This document shows, piece after piece, positions 48,632-59,190 of a stretch of 64,000 nt of DNA. This DNA is from an uncultured Synechococcus sp. (GTDB taxonomy: Bacteria; Cyanobacteriota; Cyanobacteriia; PCC-6307; Cyanobiaceae). How positions within the stretch are numbered: position 1 is the first letter of the stretch; each line of letters starts with the position of its first letter. The notes under the pieces were generated by a model. That model was given only the letters and a program-made list of their open reading frames with translations, had not been told where the DNA came from and did no database searches. The position numbers were made by a program, and so were the translations under genes. Where the stretch lies: the NCBI GenBank assembly GCA_913048995.1, contig CAJWXK010000001.1, forward strand, positions 8,230 to 72,229. The letters run 5' to 3'.

Positions 48632-49210
48632 ATGCTGCCTGTCGTGCTGCCGTTGTTGCTCCTTTCTCTGGCCTGGCTCCAAGAGCTGGTGGATCAACTG
48701 TTCTTCGCAGGTCGCTGGGCGTTGCCAATGGTCCATGGCGGCCCGGTTTGGGGCGTCTTTACCGCACCCTTTAGTCACGGGGACTGGAATCACTTAATCA
48801 GCAACAGCCTCTGGTTCTTGCCTCTGTCCTGGCTTGTGCTGTTGCGAGGGGTGAGGGACTACATCGCTGTATGGATTGGCGTTTATGCAATGGCATTTCT
48901 CGTGTGGTGGCTTCTGCCAGGCGCCAGCCATGGTCTTTCCGGTGTGGTCTATGGCCTTTTGGGTTATCTGCTTCTGATTGGCTGGCTTGAACGACGACCT
49001 TTCAGCGTCCTGCTCTCCATCGGATGCATGGTGGTGTACGGCGGATTGCTGCCGAGCCTGTTGCCATTTTTGACGCCTCCTGGTGTCAGCTGGATTGGCC
49101 ACAGCTCTGGGTTTATCGGTGGAGTTCTTGCGGCCTGGTCAACTGCCCGAAACGAAAAAACGCAAAGTATGCCTAGACCTCAGCAGGGGGCCAGGAATCT
49201 TTGGGATTGA
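48632..49210 (+). CDS. rhomboid intramembrane serine protease
   Basis: HLISN, GLSG, HSSGFIGG. Confidence 0.88.
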   Translation: MLPVVLPLLLLSLAWLQELVDQLFFAGRWALPMVHGGPVWGVFTAPFSHGDWNHLISNSLWFLPLSWLVLLRGVRDYIAVWIGVYAMAFLVWWLLPGASHGLSGVVYGLLGYLLLIGWLERRPFSVLLSIGCMVVYGGLLPSLLPFLTPPGVSWIGHSSGFIGGVLAAWSTARNEKTQSMPRPQQGARNLWD

Positions 49211-49237
49211 TACTGATTTTCTGCTTAGAGAGCGTGC

Positions 49238-49327
49238 ATGATTCAGTTGCTGAACATCACTGGATCAATGGAAGTGTTCGCTGTCGTGCTCGTCTGCTCG
49301 TGGTTCACAATCATCTACTCAGCATGA
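49238..49327 (+). CDS. possible 29-aa membrane peptide
   Basis: MIQLLNITGSMEVFAVVLVCSWFTIIYSA read by hand. Confidence 0.25.
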   Translation: MIQLLNITGSMEVFAVVLVCSWFTIIYSA

Positions 49328-49594
49328 CGAATCAATGCTAAAAAACTGATCGTATTTCAGGCCATGATCGCTGTTGGGGTTAATACCAGCAGGGCTTATT
49401 TAAGCGTTTAAATGTCCTGTATGTCTCCTCAACAGTTCTCACTTGCTCTCATTAAACCGTATTGTTGTCTGTGCATTCAGCAATGACTTGTGATTTCGGC
49501 AGTTGCGGCCAAGTGTGATACGCAGGCGGATGGGCAGACGATTGATGTCCAGATTTCCCTAGGATTGGAAATCTGACTGTCTCCTTGTCGCGTT

Positions 49595-51118
49595 GTGACT
49601 ATCCCCCTACAGGTGGTTTGGTTCAAACGTGACCTGCGAATTCATGACCATCAGCCTTTGCTGGAGGCCTCAAAGCGAGGCCCGGTTTTGCCACTCTATG
49701 TGATTGAGCCTCGACTGTGGGCAGAGCCTGATGCATCTAAACGTCAGTGGGACTTCTGCCGCGAATGTCTGCAAGATTTGCAGCAGCAGTTGACAGCTCT
49801 TGGGCAACCCCTTGTGATTCGCGTAGGAGAACCTGTAGCTGTATTGGATACTTTGTTTAAACAGGGATATATCGCCAAGGTGTGGAGTCATCAAGAAACC
49901 GGTAATTCTTTCACGTACAACAGAGACCGTTCCGTTAGACGTTGGCTTTCACAACATGGAATTCCGAGAGCAGAAAGTCCCAGCAACGGTGTGATTCGCC
50001 GTCTTCATGATCGCAATGGGTGGGCAAGATCGTGGGAAAAGCGCATGGATCAAGAACGTCTCCCTGCTCCGGAATTTCTGCCGAAAATCAATGATCTTGG
50101 CTGCGCTGAACTGCCAACTGCTGATGATCTAGGCCTAGGGGCTGATTTGTGTCCAGATCGGCAGAGAGGAGGACGAAAAGCCGCTCTGGAATTACTGCAC
50201 AGTTTCTTTGATGAACGAGGCCAGGACTATGCCCGCAACCTGTCGAGTCCACTGACTGCCTTCCACTCCTGCTCACGCATCTCAGCCCACCTTGCTTATG
50301 GCACCGTATCAATGCGTGAGGTGGTTCAGTTTGCCCGAGCGCGTCACAGCAGCCGTGCCTTCATCGAGCGTTTGCACTGGCACTGCCATTTCATTCAAAA
50401 ACTTGAGAGTGAGCCGTCGCTCGAAATGCAAAACGCTCATCGGGCCTATGACGGTCTTCGCAAGACCAAACCTGAGCGCCTCAAAGCCTGGGCAGATGGA
50501 CGTACTGGCTGGCCATTTATCGATGCCTGTATGAGAGCTCTGCGCCATACCGGTTGGATTAACTTCCGCATGCGTGCCATGTTGATGTCAGTCGCTAGCT
50601 ATCACCTCTGGATCGATTGGCGTGACAGCGGTGAAATACTCGCGAGATTGTTTGTTGATTACGAACCAGGCATTCACTGGAATCAATGTCAAATGCAGTC
50701 AGGAACGACAGGAATTAATACCGTCCGTGTCTACAACCCCATTAAGCAGGGGCTCGATCATGACCCTAAGGGGATATTCATTCGTTTTTGGGTGCCTGAA
50801 CTCTCAAATGTTCCCTTGGTTCATCTTCATACACCTTGGACCATGAATGCTAATGATCAAGAGCTGGCCCGATGTGTTCTTGGCCAGGATTATCCACTAC
50901 CTCTGATTGACCATGAAGAAGCTGCGAGGCAAGCGCGTGATCGTATCTGGGGAGTTCGTCAAGGTGAATCTTATCGACGAGAGGCCGATGCCATCCAGTG
51001 GAAACACGGCTCTCGCCGTCACTCTGGCTCCAGGCGTGGCAAACAATCGCGGCTTAAGAAACAGGCTCCAGGGCAGCTCAGTCTCGATTTGGGTAAGCCT
51101 CAGATCAATTCCGGGTGA
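49595..51118 (+). CDS. cryptochrome/photolyase family protein
   Basis: WFKRDLRIHD, SRISAHL, TGWPFIDACMR, NFRMRAM. Confidence 0.92.
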   Translation: MTIPLQVVWFKRDLRIHDHQPLLEASKRGPVLPLYVIEPRLWAEPDASKRQWDFCRECLQDLQQQLTALGQPLVIRVGEPVAVLDTLFKQGYIAKVWSHQETGNSFTYNRDRSVRRWLSQHGIPRAESPSNGVIRRLHDRNGWARSWEKRMDQERLPAPEFLPKINDLGCAELPTADDLGLGADLCPDRQRGGRKAALELLHSFFDERGQDYARNLSSPLTAFHSCSRISAHLAYGTVSMREVVQFARARHSSRAFIERLHWHCHFIQKLESEPSLEMQNAHRAYDGLRKTKPERLKAWADGRTGWPFIDACMRALRHTGWINFRMRAMLMSVASYHLWIDWRDSGEILARLFVDYEPGIHWNQCQMQSGTTGINTVRVYNPIKQGLDHDPKGIFIRFWVPELSNVPLVHLHTPWTMNANDQELARCVLGQDYPLPLIDHEEAARQARDRIWGVRQGESYRREADAIQWKHGSRRHSGSRRGKQSRLKKQAPGQLSLDLGKPQINSG

Positions 51119-51582
51119 TGTGGATCTCCCTTGAATGGACCAATAGTCCAGCTGGTGATCCAGCCTCCATAAAAGTGTCCTGGTTGGGGCTTTACGACCT
51201 CTCCTTCAAGGGTGCAGAGATCCACCGACCTTGGATAGAGACTGATCCAACCGCCAAGACCAGAAAAGTGTTCTGAGGGCTGTGGATAGCTCCAGCCGGC
51301 GCGCAGGCGCCTGTCACTACCGTCACATCGGCTGAGGTCCCAATAACTGGCGATGCCCTTCCATTCACAAAGGCTTGGGCGCCCACTAGTTGGATGGAGG
51401 GTTCCATTAGCGAAGCTTTCAGGCGGTAGATAGATGGTGGGTGGGTGGAAGGTTTCACAAACGCGGTAATAACATGCGCTGCTAGCAATTGTTTGCCCGC
51501 CAATCACGACGGTTGCCGCTCCGTTCAATAATTCGATCAAAGGTGGGCGCGGATAATTGGCTACGGCTTCAGGTTTTCGCAT
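51100..51582 (-). CDS. DUF427 family protein
   Basis: ETFHPPTIY, CEWKG.A.Y, WSYP, FYGGWIT. Confidence 0.87.
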   Translation of the reverse strand: MRKPEAVANYPRPPLIELLNGAATVVIGGQTIASSACYYRVCETFHPPTIYLPPESFANGTLHPTSGRPSLCEWKGIASYWDLSRCDGSDRRLRAGWSYPQPSEHFSGLGGWISLYPRSVDLCTLEGEVVKPQPGHFYGGWITSWTIGPFKGDPHHPELI

Positions 51583-51666
51583 CGCTTGCCGAGAACATGA
51601 TGGTCAGCATAGAAATCAGAAAGTCGTTGCTAGAGTTGAGGGCTGGTCAGTCTTTCGTAATTCTTG

Positions 51667-52083
51667 ATGGCAGATCCCTCCAATCTCAGCGCAGTGCTGT
51701 GCGATCCGGAGCGACTAGCCCAGGCACTAAGCCAAGCAAAACTCTCTGAGAAGGAGCTGCACTGGCTGCGCTCGACCGTGCAGCTGAGCTACGGGACAGC
51801 TCTACGTGGAGCTCAAGCTGCTGGGCTGGGTGTTGATGATGCTCCTGCCGGTGAGTCGCCTGGACCCTGGTTGGCCAGCCAGTGGAGTAGCGCCGTCGGC
51901 GGAAGCTGTCACAAGATTGCAAATCAGCTGGGCTGGGAGAAGCCCAGTAAGGGCATGTGGATTGATCTTCTACTTACCTTTGAACGCAAACGACAATATG
52001 AACTCAGTGATCTTCCCTTGATCAACCAGGACACATGTTTTACGTGGAGTGTGCGCCCCCAGTGGCATCAGCTTTTCGGTTAA
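51667..52083 (+). CDS. hypothetical protein
   Basis: 138-aa ORF filling gap, divergent from DUF427. Confidence 0.55.
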   Translation: MADPSNLSAVLCDPERLAQALSQAKLSEKELHWLRSTVQLSYGTALRGAQAAGLGVDDAPAGESPGPWLASQWSSAVGGSCHKIANQLGWEKPSKGMWIDLLLTFERKRQYELSDLPLINQDTCFTWSVRPQWHQLFG

Positions 52084-52308
52084 TTGGATCAATGCGGTCG
52101 GCATCCATCTGGTAACACATACACTGAAATGTGTTGTTTAGCCACCGAATTAAAAAGTAGAATATAAAAATAGGCTGCCTTTGTCTGGTCAAGGGAAGGT
52201 GGAGCATGAATCAGCGGCTACGCAGTGATCAAGCATGCAGCCGCATGTAGCAGATCTTATGTCTTGAACCAGTAATGCGCCTAAGTTGTAAGTTCAAATG
52301 ACTACGCA

Positions 52309-52773
52309 ATGCAGCACAATAGTCGGCCCAAACTGGTGGCCACAGGTATAGCTCCTCTGGGAATCGTGGCCATCGGTGTGGTGCCCATGGGTGTTGTGGC
52401 CATCGGTGTCGTTCCTATGGGTGTGATTTCACTTGGTGCTGTTGGCATGGGGCTCATCAGTGCCGCAGCTGTGAATATGGGCGTTGTTACCGCAGGGATC
52501 ACGACGATGGGCGTCGCCTGGAGTGGGATCGTCGGCATGGGCCCATATCAGTTAGGAACGTCCCAACCACAGCTTGCACAGTCGAAAACCCCTGATTCAG
52601 CGAAGCCCTTCATTTTTGATAGCCGCAAACAGGCTGAAGCACGCGCTACTGAAATGGGATGCAGCGGAGCACACCAGCACGGGCCCGGAGGCAAGCAGTG
52701 GATGCCTTGCAGCACGATGGCTGACTTCATGAGAGTCAGCAGCCCGCAGCAGCCGAGGCATCACCACCACTGA
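52309..52773 (+). CDS. Gly-periodic repeat protein fused to DUF3721-like Cys/His domain with His tail
   Basis: GVVPMGVVAI repeats; AEARATEMGCSGAHQH...WMPC; HHHH end. Confidence 0.7.
   Translation: MQHNSRPKLVATGIAPLGIVAIGVVPMGVVAIGVVPMGVISLGAVGMGLISAAAVNMGVVTAGITTMGVAWSGIVGMGPYQLGTSQPQLAQSKTPDSAKPFIFDSRKQAEARATEMGCSGAHQHGPGGKQWMPCSTMADFMRVSSPQQPRHHHH
52336..52425 (+). repeat. degenerate 30-bp tandem repeat x3
   Basis: units begin gtggcca at 52336, 52366, 52396. Confidence 0.7.
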
Positions 52774-52785
52774 AACCTTGCGGAT

Positions 52786-55380
52786 TCAGGGAACTAAATT
52801 CACCAATTTTCCAGGGACAACAATCACCCGTCGTGGAGCGTTGCCCTCAAGCCATTTTTGGGCAACGTCAGAAGCGAGCGCGAGTTGTTCCAATGCCTCC
52901 TTATCAATATTTGCTGGCACCTCAAGATTCCCTCTCACCTTGCCTTTGACCTGCAGGACCACTGTCACAGTTTCACGAACCAAGGCTTCAGGATCCAACA
53001 GAGGCCATTGCTGTTGGTGCACGCTGCCATTGCCGCCTAGTTGCTCCCAAAGTTCATCAGCCAGGTGAGGTGCGAACGGGGCCAGTAAGACCAGCAATGT
53101 TTGAATAGCCTCTTGCGCCACAGCATCAACAACTGTTGCCATTGAACTGGCCATTGCATTACTGAGCTTCATCAGCTCAGATACAGCAGTGTTGAACTGA
53201 AGTTCTTCACCATCAAGATCCTCGCTGATCGCTGCGATGGCTGTGTGAGTAGCTCGCCTGAGTTCCTGATCGCTTTTGCTGAGTTCTGCAGGCCAACTCA
53301 GCACAGCGGACAAATTCATACCCGACTGTCGAGCTCCATCAGCGAGCCGCCAAATACGTTGCAAAAAGCGATATTGACCTTCCACATCAGCGTCATCCCA
53401 TTCCAGATCTTTTTCCGGAGGTGCCTTGAAAAGGATGAACATTCGCGCGGTATCAGCGCCATATCGCTCGATAACGCTGCCTGGATCAACTCCGTTGTGT
53501 TTTGACTTGGACATCTTTTCAAAGAACACCTCCAACGGTTCGCCTGTCTCTGGATCAAGTGGCTTCGTGGCGTCACTAACAGCAGCAGGTGCCACGTAAC
53601 GACGCGTAGAGGGGTTGCGGTAGGTGACCCCCTGCACCATGCCCTGAGTGAGTAAGCGACGGAATGGCTCACTGCAATTCACTAGCTGACGTTGCTTGAG
53701 AACCTTGGTGAAAAAGCGGGAGTAGAGAAGGTGCAGGATGGCGTGTTCCACCCCACCGACGTACTGATCTACTGGCATCCAGGACCCAGTGGCCTCAAGG
53801 CTGAAGGGGAGCTCGCTATTGCCAGCGTCGGTATAGCGCAGGTAATACCAGCTGGAGCACATGAACGTGTCCATGGTGTCCGTCTCGCGCCGAGCGGGCT
53901 TACCGCACTTCGGACAGGCCACATGAGACCAGCTCGGATGCCGTTCTAGGGGACTGCCACCGCTGCCATCGAGTTCTGCATCAGCTGGCAACTCAACTGG
54001 AAGCTGGTCCTCCGGAACAGGAACAGCGCCACAGTCGTCGCAATGGACTACCGGAATGGGACAACCCCAGTAACGCTGACGTGAAATCAGCCAGTCCCTG
54101 AGGCGATAGGTGATCTTGGCATCACCAACTCCATTGGCAGTAGCCGCTTTAATCACGGCATCCTTTGCTGCTTCTCCCTGAAGCCCGTTGAACTGCTCTG
54201 AATTGACGAGCTCACCAACGTCAGTGAATGCAGCTTCAGGAGCGTCAGATGGTTCCGAAGAACCAGGACTAACGACCACTGTTTTGATCGGCAGGCCGTA
54301 TTGGCGGGCAAATGCAAAATCGCGATCGTCATGTGCTGGCACACCCATGACGGCGCCGGTGCCGTAGTCAGGCAGGACGTAATCGGCAATCCAGACCGGA
54401 ATACGGTCCCCACTGAAGGGGTGGAGAACATATCCACCAGTGGCCACGCCACGTTTTGGCTTGTCCTCTGCCAACCGGTCCTGTTCACTGATCGATTGCA
54501 ATTCCTGACGAAATCGCTCAACCGCAGGCTGCTGTTCGACTGACGTGAGTTCGTCCACCAGCTCATGTTCGGGAGCCAGCACCACATAACTCACGCCGAA
54601 AACGGTGTCTGGACGTGTGGTGAACACATCAACAACCTCTGAACGATCGTCCCCTAGAGCAAACCGAAGAGTGGCTCCGGTAGAGCGCCCGATCCAGTTG
54701 GCCTGCATGGTGCGCACCCGTTCTGGCCAGCCGTCAAGAGTGGCTAAGTCATCAAGCAGTTCATCCGCTACGGCCGTGATCTTCAGGAACCACTGTCGAA
54801 GCTTCCGCTTTTCCACAATTGCGCCGGAACGCCAGGAGCGTCCATCGGCATCGACCTGCTCGTTAGCGAGAACGGTTTGATCAACAGGATCCCAGTTGAC
54901 AGTTGCCTCTTTTCGATAAGCCAGTCCCGCATCAAGAAACTGCAAGAAGAGCCATTGGGTCCAGCGGTAGTAATCCGCTCGACAGGTTGTGACCTCACGA
55001 TCCCAATCGATTGACAGTCCGAGTTGACTGAGTTGTTCTCGCATTTGGGCGATGTTCTGCTCGGTCCATCCAGCAGGATTGACACCCCGTTCGATCGCTG
55101 CGTTCTCCGCCGGCAGGCCAAAAGCATCCCAACCCATTGGATGCAGAACACGCTTGCCCTTGAGACGCTGAGAACGAGCGATCACATCCGTGATCACGTA
55201 GTTGCGGACATGGCCCATGTGCAGATTTCCCGATGGATACGGGAACATCGAGAGCGCATAAAAGTTTTCGCTGCGCTCTTTGCTTGGTTCAGGGGTGCGA
55301 TCTAGGCCCAGTTCGGACCAGAGCTTCTGCCGGCGCGGCTCGAGCTCTGCAGGGCTGTAACGGGTCTCTTGACTGGCCAT
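52786..55380 (-). CDS. leuS: leucyl-tRNA synthetase
   Basis: MFPYPSG.LHMGH, KMSKS. Confidence 0.98.
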   Translation of the reverse strand: MASQETRYSPAELEPRRQKLWSELGLDRTPEPSKERSENFYALSMFPYPSGNLHMGHVRNYVITDVIARSQRLKGKRVLHPMGWDAFGLPAENAAIERGVNPAGWTEQNIAQMREQLSQLGLSIDWDREVTTCRADYYRWTQWLFLQFLDAGLAYRKEATVNWDPVDQTVLANEQVDADGRSWRSGAIVEKRKLRQWFLKITAVADELLDDLATLDGWPERVRTMQANWIGRSTGATLRFALGDDRSEVVDVFTTRPDTVFGVSYVVLAPEHELVDELTSVEQQPAVERFRQELQSISEQDRLAEDKPKRGVATGGYVLHPFSGDRIPVWIADYVLPDYGTGAVMGVPAHDDRDFAFARQYGLPIKTVVVSPGSSEPSDAPEAAFTDVGELVNSEQFNGLQGEAAKDAVIKAATANGVGDAKITYRLRDWLISRQRYWGCPIPVVHCDDCGAVPVPEDQLPVELPADAELDGSGGSPLERHPSWSHVACPKCGKPARRETDTMDTFMCSSWYYLRYTDAGNSELPFSLEATGSWMPVDQYVGGVEHAILHLLYSRFFTKVLKQRQLVNCSEPFRRLLTQGMVQGVTYRNPSTRRYVAPAAVSDATKPLDPETGEPLEVFFEKMSKSKHNGVDPGSVIERYGADTARMFILFKAPPEKDLEWDDADVEGQYRFLQRIWRLADGARQSGMNLSAVLSWPAELSKSDQELRRATHTAIAAISEDLDGEELQFNTAVSELMKLSNAMASSMATVVDAVAQEAIQTLLVLLAPFAPHLADELWEQLGGNGSVHQQQWPLLDPEALVRETVTVVLQVKGKVRGNLEVPANIDKEALEQLALASDVAQKWLEGNAPRRVIVVPGKLVNLVP

Positions 55381-55389
55381 CGGAGCAGA

Positions 55390-55668
55390 TCAGATCGGCG
55401 GCAACGGCAGCCGCGGCGACGGCATTGTCGCCGCTAGAGGGTCCGCCTCAATTGGGGAGATCAACTCAACACGGCTTCGGCCTAACAGGTCAGGGCGATC
55501 CCGCCCTGTCGAGAGCAGAGCCAGAAATTCGGTGTCCTGCCAAAGCAGTCGGCCTTGCAACTCACGCCCCCCAGCCAGAAGAATCTGTAGCTGCCGCCGT
55601 TGTCGAATCCACTGTTGCAACAGCCGTACCCCCGGCAAACTGGTATCGAGCTCGCGGTCGTGGGCCAT
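55390..55668 (-). CDS. hfq: cyanobacterial Hfq-like protein
   Basis: LDTSLPGVRLLQ, GRLLWQD Sm motif; between dapF and leuS. Confidence 0.8.
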   Translation of the reverse strand: MAHDRELDTSLPGVRLLQQWIRQRRQLQILLAGGRELQGRLLWQDTEFLALLSTGRDRPDLLGRSRVELISPIEADPLAATMPSPRLPLPPI

Positions 55669-55694
55669 ACGATCAAGTCAGATGGGTAGTCCCG

Positions 55695-56762
55695 GTGACA
55701 AGGCCTTTTCGCAAGTATCAGGGACTGGGCAACGACTTCATCCTCATGGATGGCCGCCGCGGTGATCTGCCTGATTACGGCGGGGAGCCGGCTCGCGCAC
55801 TCTGTGATCGTCGCTTCGGTATCGGAGCAGATGGCCTGATCCTTGCACTGCCGCCACAACAGGGCGGAGATGTACGGATGCAAATCCTCAATGCAGATGG
55901 CTCAGAAGCGGAGATGTGCGGCAACGGGATCCGTTGTTTTGCAAGGTTCCTGGCCGATCTCGATGGTTCAGAGGTCGGAATGCATTGGCGAGTTGAAACT
56001 CCCGCGGGCTTGATCATTCCCAAGCTTCTTGATGGGGATCAAGTCACGGTTGATATGGGTGAGCCAATCCTTGAACCTGAAGGGGTACCGAGCACAATCC
56101 CAGCGGGAAACCCCCTTGCTGATGCAGAGCTGGTTGTTGCGGGCGAGCGGGTAAAGGTGGCCGCCGTTGGCATGGGCAATCCCCATGCAGTGGTTGAAGT
56201 GAGCGATCTCGAGTCGATTGATTTTGATCGTCTTGGTCCTGCCCTTGAACAGCACCCGGCGTTTCCAGCGCGCACCAATGTGCATTTCGTCGTAGTCGAA
56301 GCTGCAGACCGCCTCAGAGTCAAGGTTTGGGAACGTGGTGCAGGCCCAACACTGGCCTGCGGCACCGGCGCCTGCGCCACTTTGGTGGCCACACACCTCC
56401 GGGGTTCTTGTGGGCGCAACGCGACTGTTGAACTCCCTGGAGGTCCACTCAAGATCAGCTGGGATGCAACTAACCATCTGCAAATGGCTGGCCCCGCAGT
56501 GCTGGTTTTTAGCGGTTCAATTCCCGATCAACAGAGCGGGAATACAGCACAGGAGAACCAAGCACTGGCAGGGAATGACAAAAACACCGTTATCGATTGC
56601 GCGACAGCCTGCACTGAAGGTTGTCAGCGACCTGATGCATGCCCGAGTGCACAGGCCAGGGCACAAGCACTGGCCTTCCTTGATCAGGTATCCCTAGATC
56701 AAATGGTCAATCTGGCTAACAACTCAGTGGAGGAACGCACCCGCCGTCGCATTGGATTTTGA
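55695..56762 (+). CDS. dapF: diaminopimelate epimerase with C-terminal 4-Cys extension
   Basis: KYQGLGNDF, EMCGNG, ERGAGPTLACGTG; GTG at 55695. Confidence 0.95.
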   Translation: MTRPFRKYQGLGNDFILMDGRRGDLPDYGGEPARALCDRRFGIGADGLILALPPQQGGDVRMQILNADGSEAEMCGNGIRCFARFLADLDGSEVGMHWRVETPAGLIIPKLLDGDQVTVDMGEPILEPEGVPSTIPAGNPLADAELVVAGERVKVAAVGMGNPHAVVEVSDLESIDFDRLGPALEQHPAFPARTNVHFVVVEAADRLRVKVWERGAGPTLACGTGACATLVATHLRGSCGRNATVELPGGPLKISWDATNHLQMAGPAVLVFSGSIPDQQSGNTAQENQALAGNDKNTVIDCATACTEGCQRPDACPSAQARAQALAFLDQVSLDQMVNLANNSVEERTRRRIGF

Positions 56763-57924
56763 GTCCATGCTTTATCTCGATGCCTGTGCGGCCACTCCAC
56801 CGGACGCCAGGGTGCTGGAGCAGATGCTTGAGCGGCAGAAGCGTGTATGGGCTAATCCTTCGAGTGTTCATCCAGCTGGTATCGCCGCTGCCGAACTGCT
56901 GGAGCGCAGTCGGCAGCGATTGTTGAACTGTCTTGGCTGGCCAGATGGTCAGGTGGTGTTCACATCCGGTGGCACCGAAGCTGACAACCTCGCCGTGCTG
57001 GGTCTTGGACGGAGCATGAGTCCAGGGCGTCTCTTGATTTCCCCTTTTGAGCATCCAGCGGTCAGTGCCGCAGCATCGCAACTCCAACTCGAGGGCTGGC
57101 AGGTCGAGATTCTGCCTCTGACGGATCACGGTCAGGTTGATCTCAACGCTCTCGAACAACTACTGGAACCACCAACGCAAATGGTGAGCATCGCTTGGGC
57201 GAGCTCAGAACTCGGAACGCTCCAGCCGATGCATGAGATTGCTGAGCGTTGCGCAGCTACCGGCGTGCCGCTTCACAGTGATGCGGTGCAGGTGATCGGC
57301 CAGCTCCCCCTAGGCAGGCTTGCTCCGATGGGTCCCGATTTGCTCAGCATTAGTGCACACAAGTTTCAAGGCCCACGAGGTGTTGGAGCCTTGGTTCTTA
57401 AACGAGACATTTCGCTTCAACCTCAGCTCGTCGGAGGTGGACAGGAGGCTGGACTCCGATCGGGAACCCAATCGCCCTGGCTTGCAGCAGCCCTCGTTGA
57501 TGCACTGGAGCAGCGTGAATCACAACAACCTCAGCTGGCCCTCCAGCTACAGATCTTGCGGGATGGATTGCTGAATCGTCTGCTCTGCCGATCCGGCATA
57601 AGCCTGAGTGGCAGCACCGACCTAGATCAGCGGCTTCCACATCACATCAGCCTGCTTCTGAACAATGACAAGGGCGAGCCGGTGTCTGGCCGCCAGATTG
57701 TGCGAGCACTCGCTGAACGTGGCGTGGCGATCAGCGCTGGATCGGCATGCAGCAGTGGGCAAGATCAGCCCAGTCCCTCACTTCTGGCCTGTGGGTTCTC
57801 TTCTCGTGAGGCCCGCAGCGGCATTCGTATCAGTCTTGGGCCATGGCTCAAACCCCAGGAGCTCGATGATCTTCCCGGTTTGCTGGAATCAATTGTGAGC
57901 ACTTCAGGCGCCATCGGTTCATGA
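56752..57924 (+). CDS. cysteine desulfurase (group I, IscS/NifS-like)
   Basis: YLDACA, FTSGGTE, SAHKF, GSACSS. Confidence 0.9.
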   Translation: MDFESMLYLDACAATPPDARVLEQMLERQKRVWANPSSVHPAGIAAAELLERSRQRLLNCLGWPDGQVVFTSGGTEADNLAVLGLGRSMSPGRLLISPFEHPAVSAAASQLQLEGWQVEILPLTDHGQVDLNALEQLLEPPTQMVSIAWASSELGTLQPMHEIAERCAATGVPLHSDAVQVIGQLPLGRLAPMGPDLLSISAHKFQGPRGVGALVLKRDISLQPQLVGGGQEAGLRSGTQSPWLAAALVDALEQRESQQPQLALQLQILRDGLLNRLLCRSGISLSGSTDLDQRLPHHISLLLNNDKGEPVSGRQIVRALAERGVAISAGSACSSGQDQPSPSLLACGFSSREARSGIRISLGPWLKPQELDDLPGLLESIVSTSGAIGS

Positions 57925-58595
57925 GTCTTCCCGTCGATCTGGCTGCTGCAGAAGCCCAACTACTCAGCGCCCTTGAATCCGCTCTCACTGAGAACGCCAA
58001 GGGGCGTTGGACGACGGAGATGCGCTTTGAAGGCCTGCGCTTCACTCCTGTCGCTCTGAGATTGCAGCGGCAACTGGATCGTCCCGGACGCCGCTGTCAA
58101 CTGCTCTTTTCTGATGCCGGGGCTGCAGCGCTCGCCAAACGGGATGCACCGGATCAGTCTGTTTCGATCGACAGCCTTGCCGACTGGCTCGCGCGCAACA
58201 TCGATCCGGAGCGCTTGCTGTTGGCGGTGACTCCAGGACCTCCGGATTATGAGGATGTTGAGGCTGTCTGTAGTGGACACCAGGGAGCTGTCGTCCTGCT
58301 CAACGGACGCTTAGAGGATGCTGCAGTGGGGATTGGCAGCGTCGCTCGCGAGCGTCGGCGAGGGTTCATGGCTGCCTGGCGCAGTGCCTATACGCTTCAA
58401 CCTTTGGCAAACGCCGCTCTGCTGCACACGCATCCGAATGATTGGGAGCTTTACAGGCTTGATCCAGATGGGTACCGCCTGGCTGCACGCTTCGAAAAGC
58501 GCCCAGCACCAGAGGAGCTCGATGAAGCCTTGGTGAGCGGTTCGCAGGCCGGACTTCGAGCTGTTGACCGTTTCGTGCGGGAACTCAACGGGTGA
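57921..58595 (+). CDS. DUF1995 family protein
   Basis: DAGAAALA, LNGRLED..VGIG. Confidence 0.8.
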   Translation: MSLPVDLAAAEAQLLSALESALTENAKGRWTTEMRFEGLRFTPVALRLQRQLDRPGRRCQLLFSDAGAAALAKRDAPDQSVSIDSLADWLARNIDPERLLLAVTPGPPDYEDVEAVCSGHQGAVVLLNGRLEDAAVGIGSVARERRRGFMAAWRSAYTLQPLANAALLHTHPNDWELYRLDPDGYRLAARFEKRPAPEELDEALVSGSQAGLRAVDRFVRELNG

Positions 58596-58663
58596 TTCAC
58601 ATCAGTCTCAGCAGGACTGGCGGACCCAACTAAAATTATCCGTAAGAAAATCGCTTTGCATCA

Positions 58664-59188
58664 ATGGCTGAGCAGCAAAACCGCTTGCGAGGCCTCAGTT
58701 TGGTGGATGCTGGCGCTGCTGCGGCAGTTCTACTTGCCGTAGCAGGCGTGATCTGGAGCCCAAAGCTCTCTGGCGCTGTCGCCCGCGCCACAGGTGCAAT
58801 GCAACCAGTTGAGGTGACTGTTGATATCAAACATGTCCCTGCAGCGGACCCACAGGCACTGGTCCAACAGATCAAGAATGACGGTCGCACCAGCTTGGTG
58901 ATTCGAAATCAGCCACACGGTTCGGTTCAGGTCAAAAGCGTCACCCTTCTCTCCAGACAGGTGGCACTGATGACCCCACAGGGAACCATCACTGTTGTGC
59001 CAGATCCCAACAACTCTGATTTCTCCACCTTTGATGCTCGTATTGAGCTGCAAGGGGAAGGTCAATTAAGAGGCGGCGGTGTGGTTCTAGGCAATCAGGC
59101 TCTCAAAATCGGTTCGCCTGTCGAGCTGGAGGGGCCGCTCTATCGAGTCAAAGGCACTGTTAGCGGTATTGCGGTGGAGGGCAACTGA
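58664..59188 (+). CDS. DUF4330 family protein
   Basis: N-terminal TM, IRNQPHG, LKIG..VELEG. Confidence 0.78.
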   Translation: MAEQQNRLRGLSLVDAGAAAAVLLAVAGVIWSPKLSGAVARATGAMQPVEVTVDIKHVPAADPQALVQQIKNDGRTSLVIRNQPHGSVQVKSVTLLSRQVALMTPQGTITVVPDPNNSDFSTFDARIELQGEGQLRGGGVVLGNQALKIGSPVELEGPLYRVKGTVSGIAVEGN

Positions 59189-59190
59189 CC

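Noticed and set aside
55233-55694. 154-aa N-terminal extension of DapF in the ORF track
   Set aside because: Overlaps leuS and hfq on the opposite strand; homology starts at about 55695.
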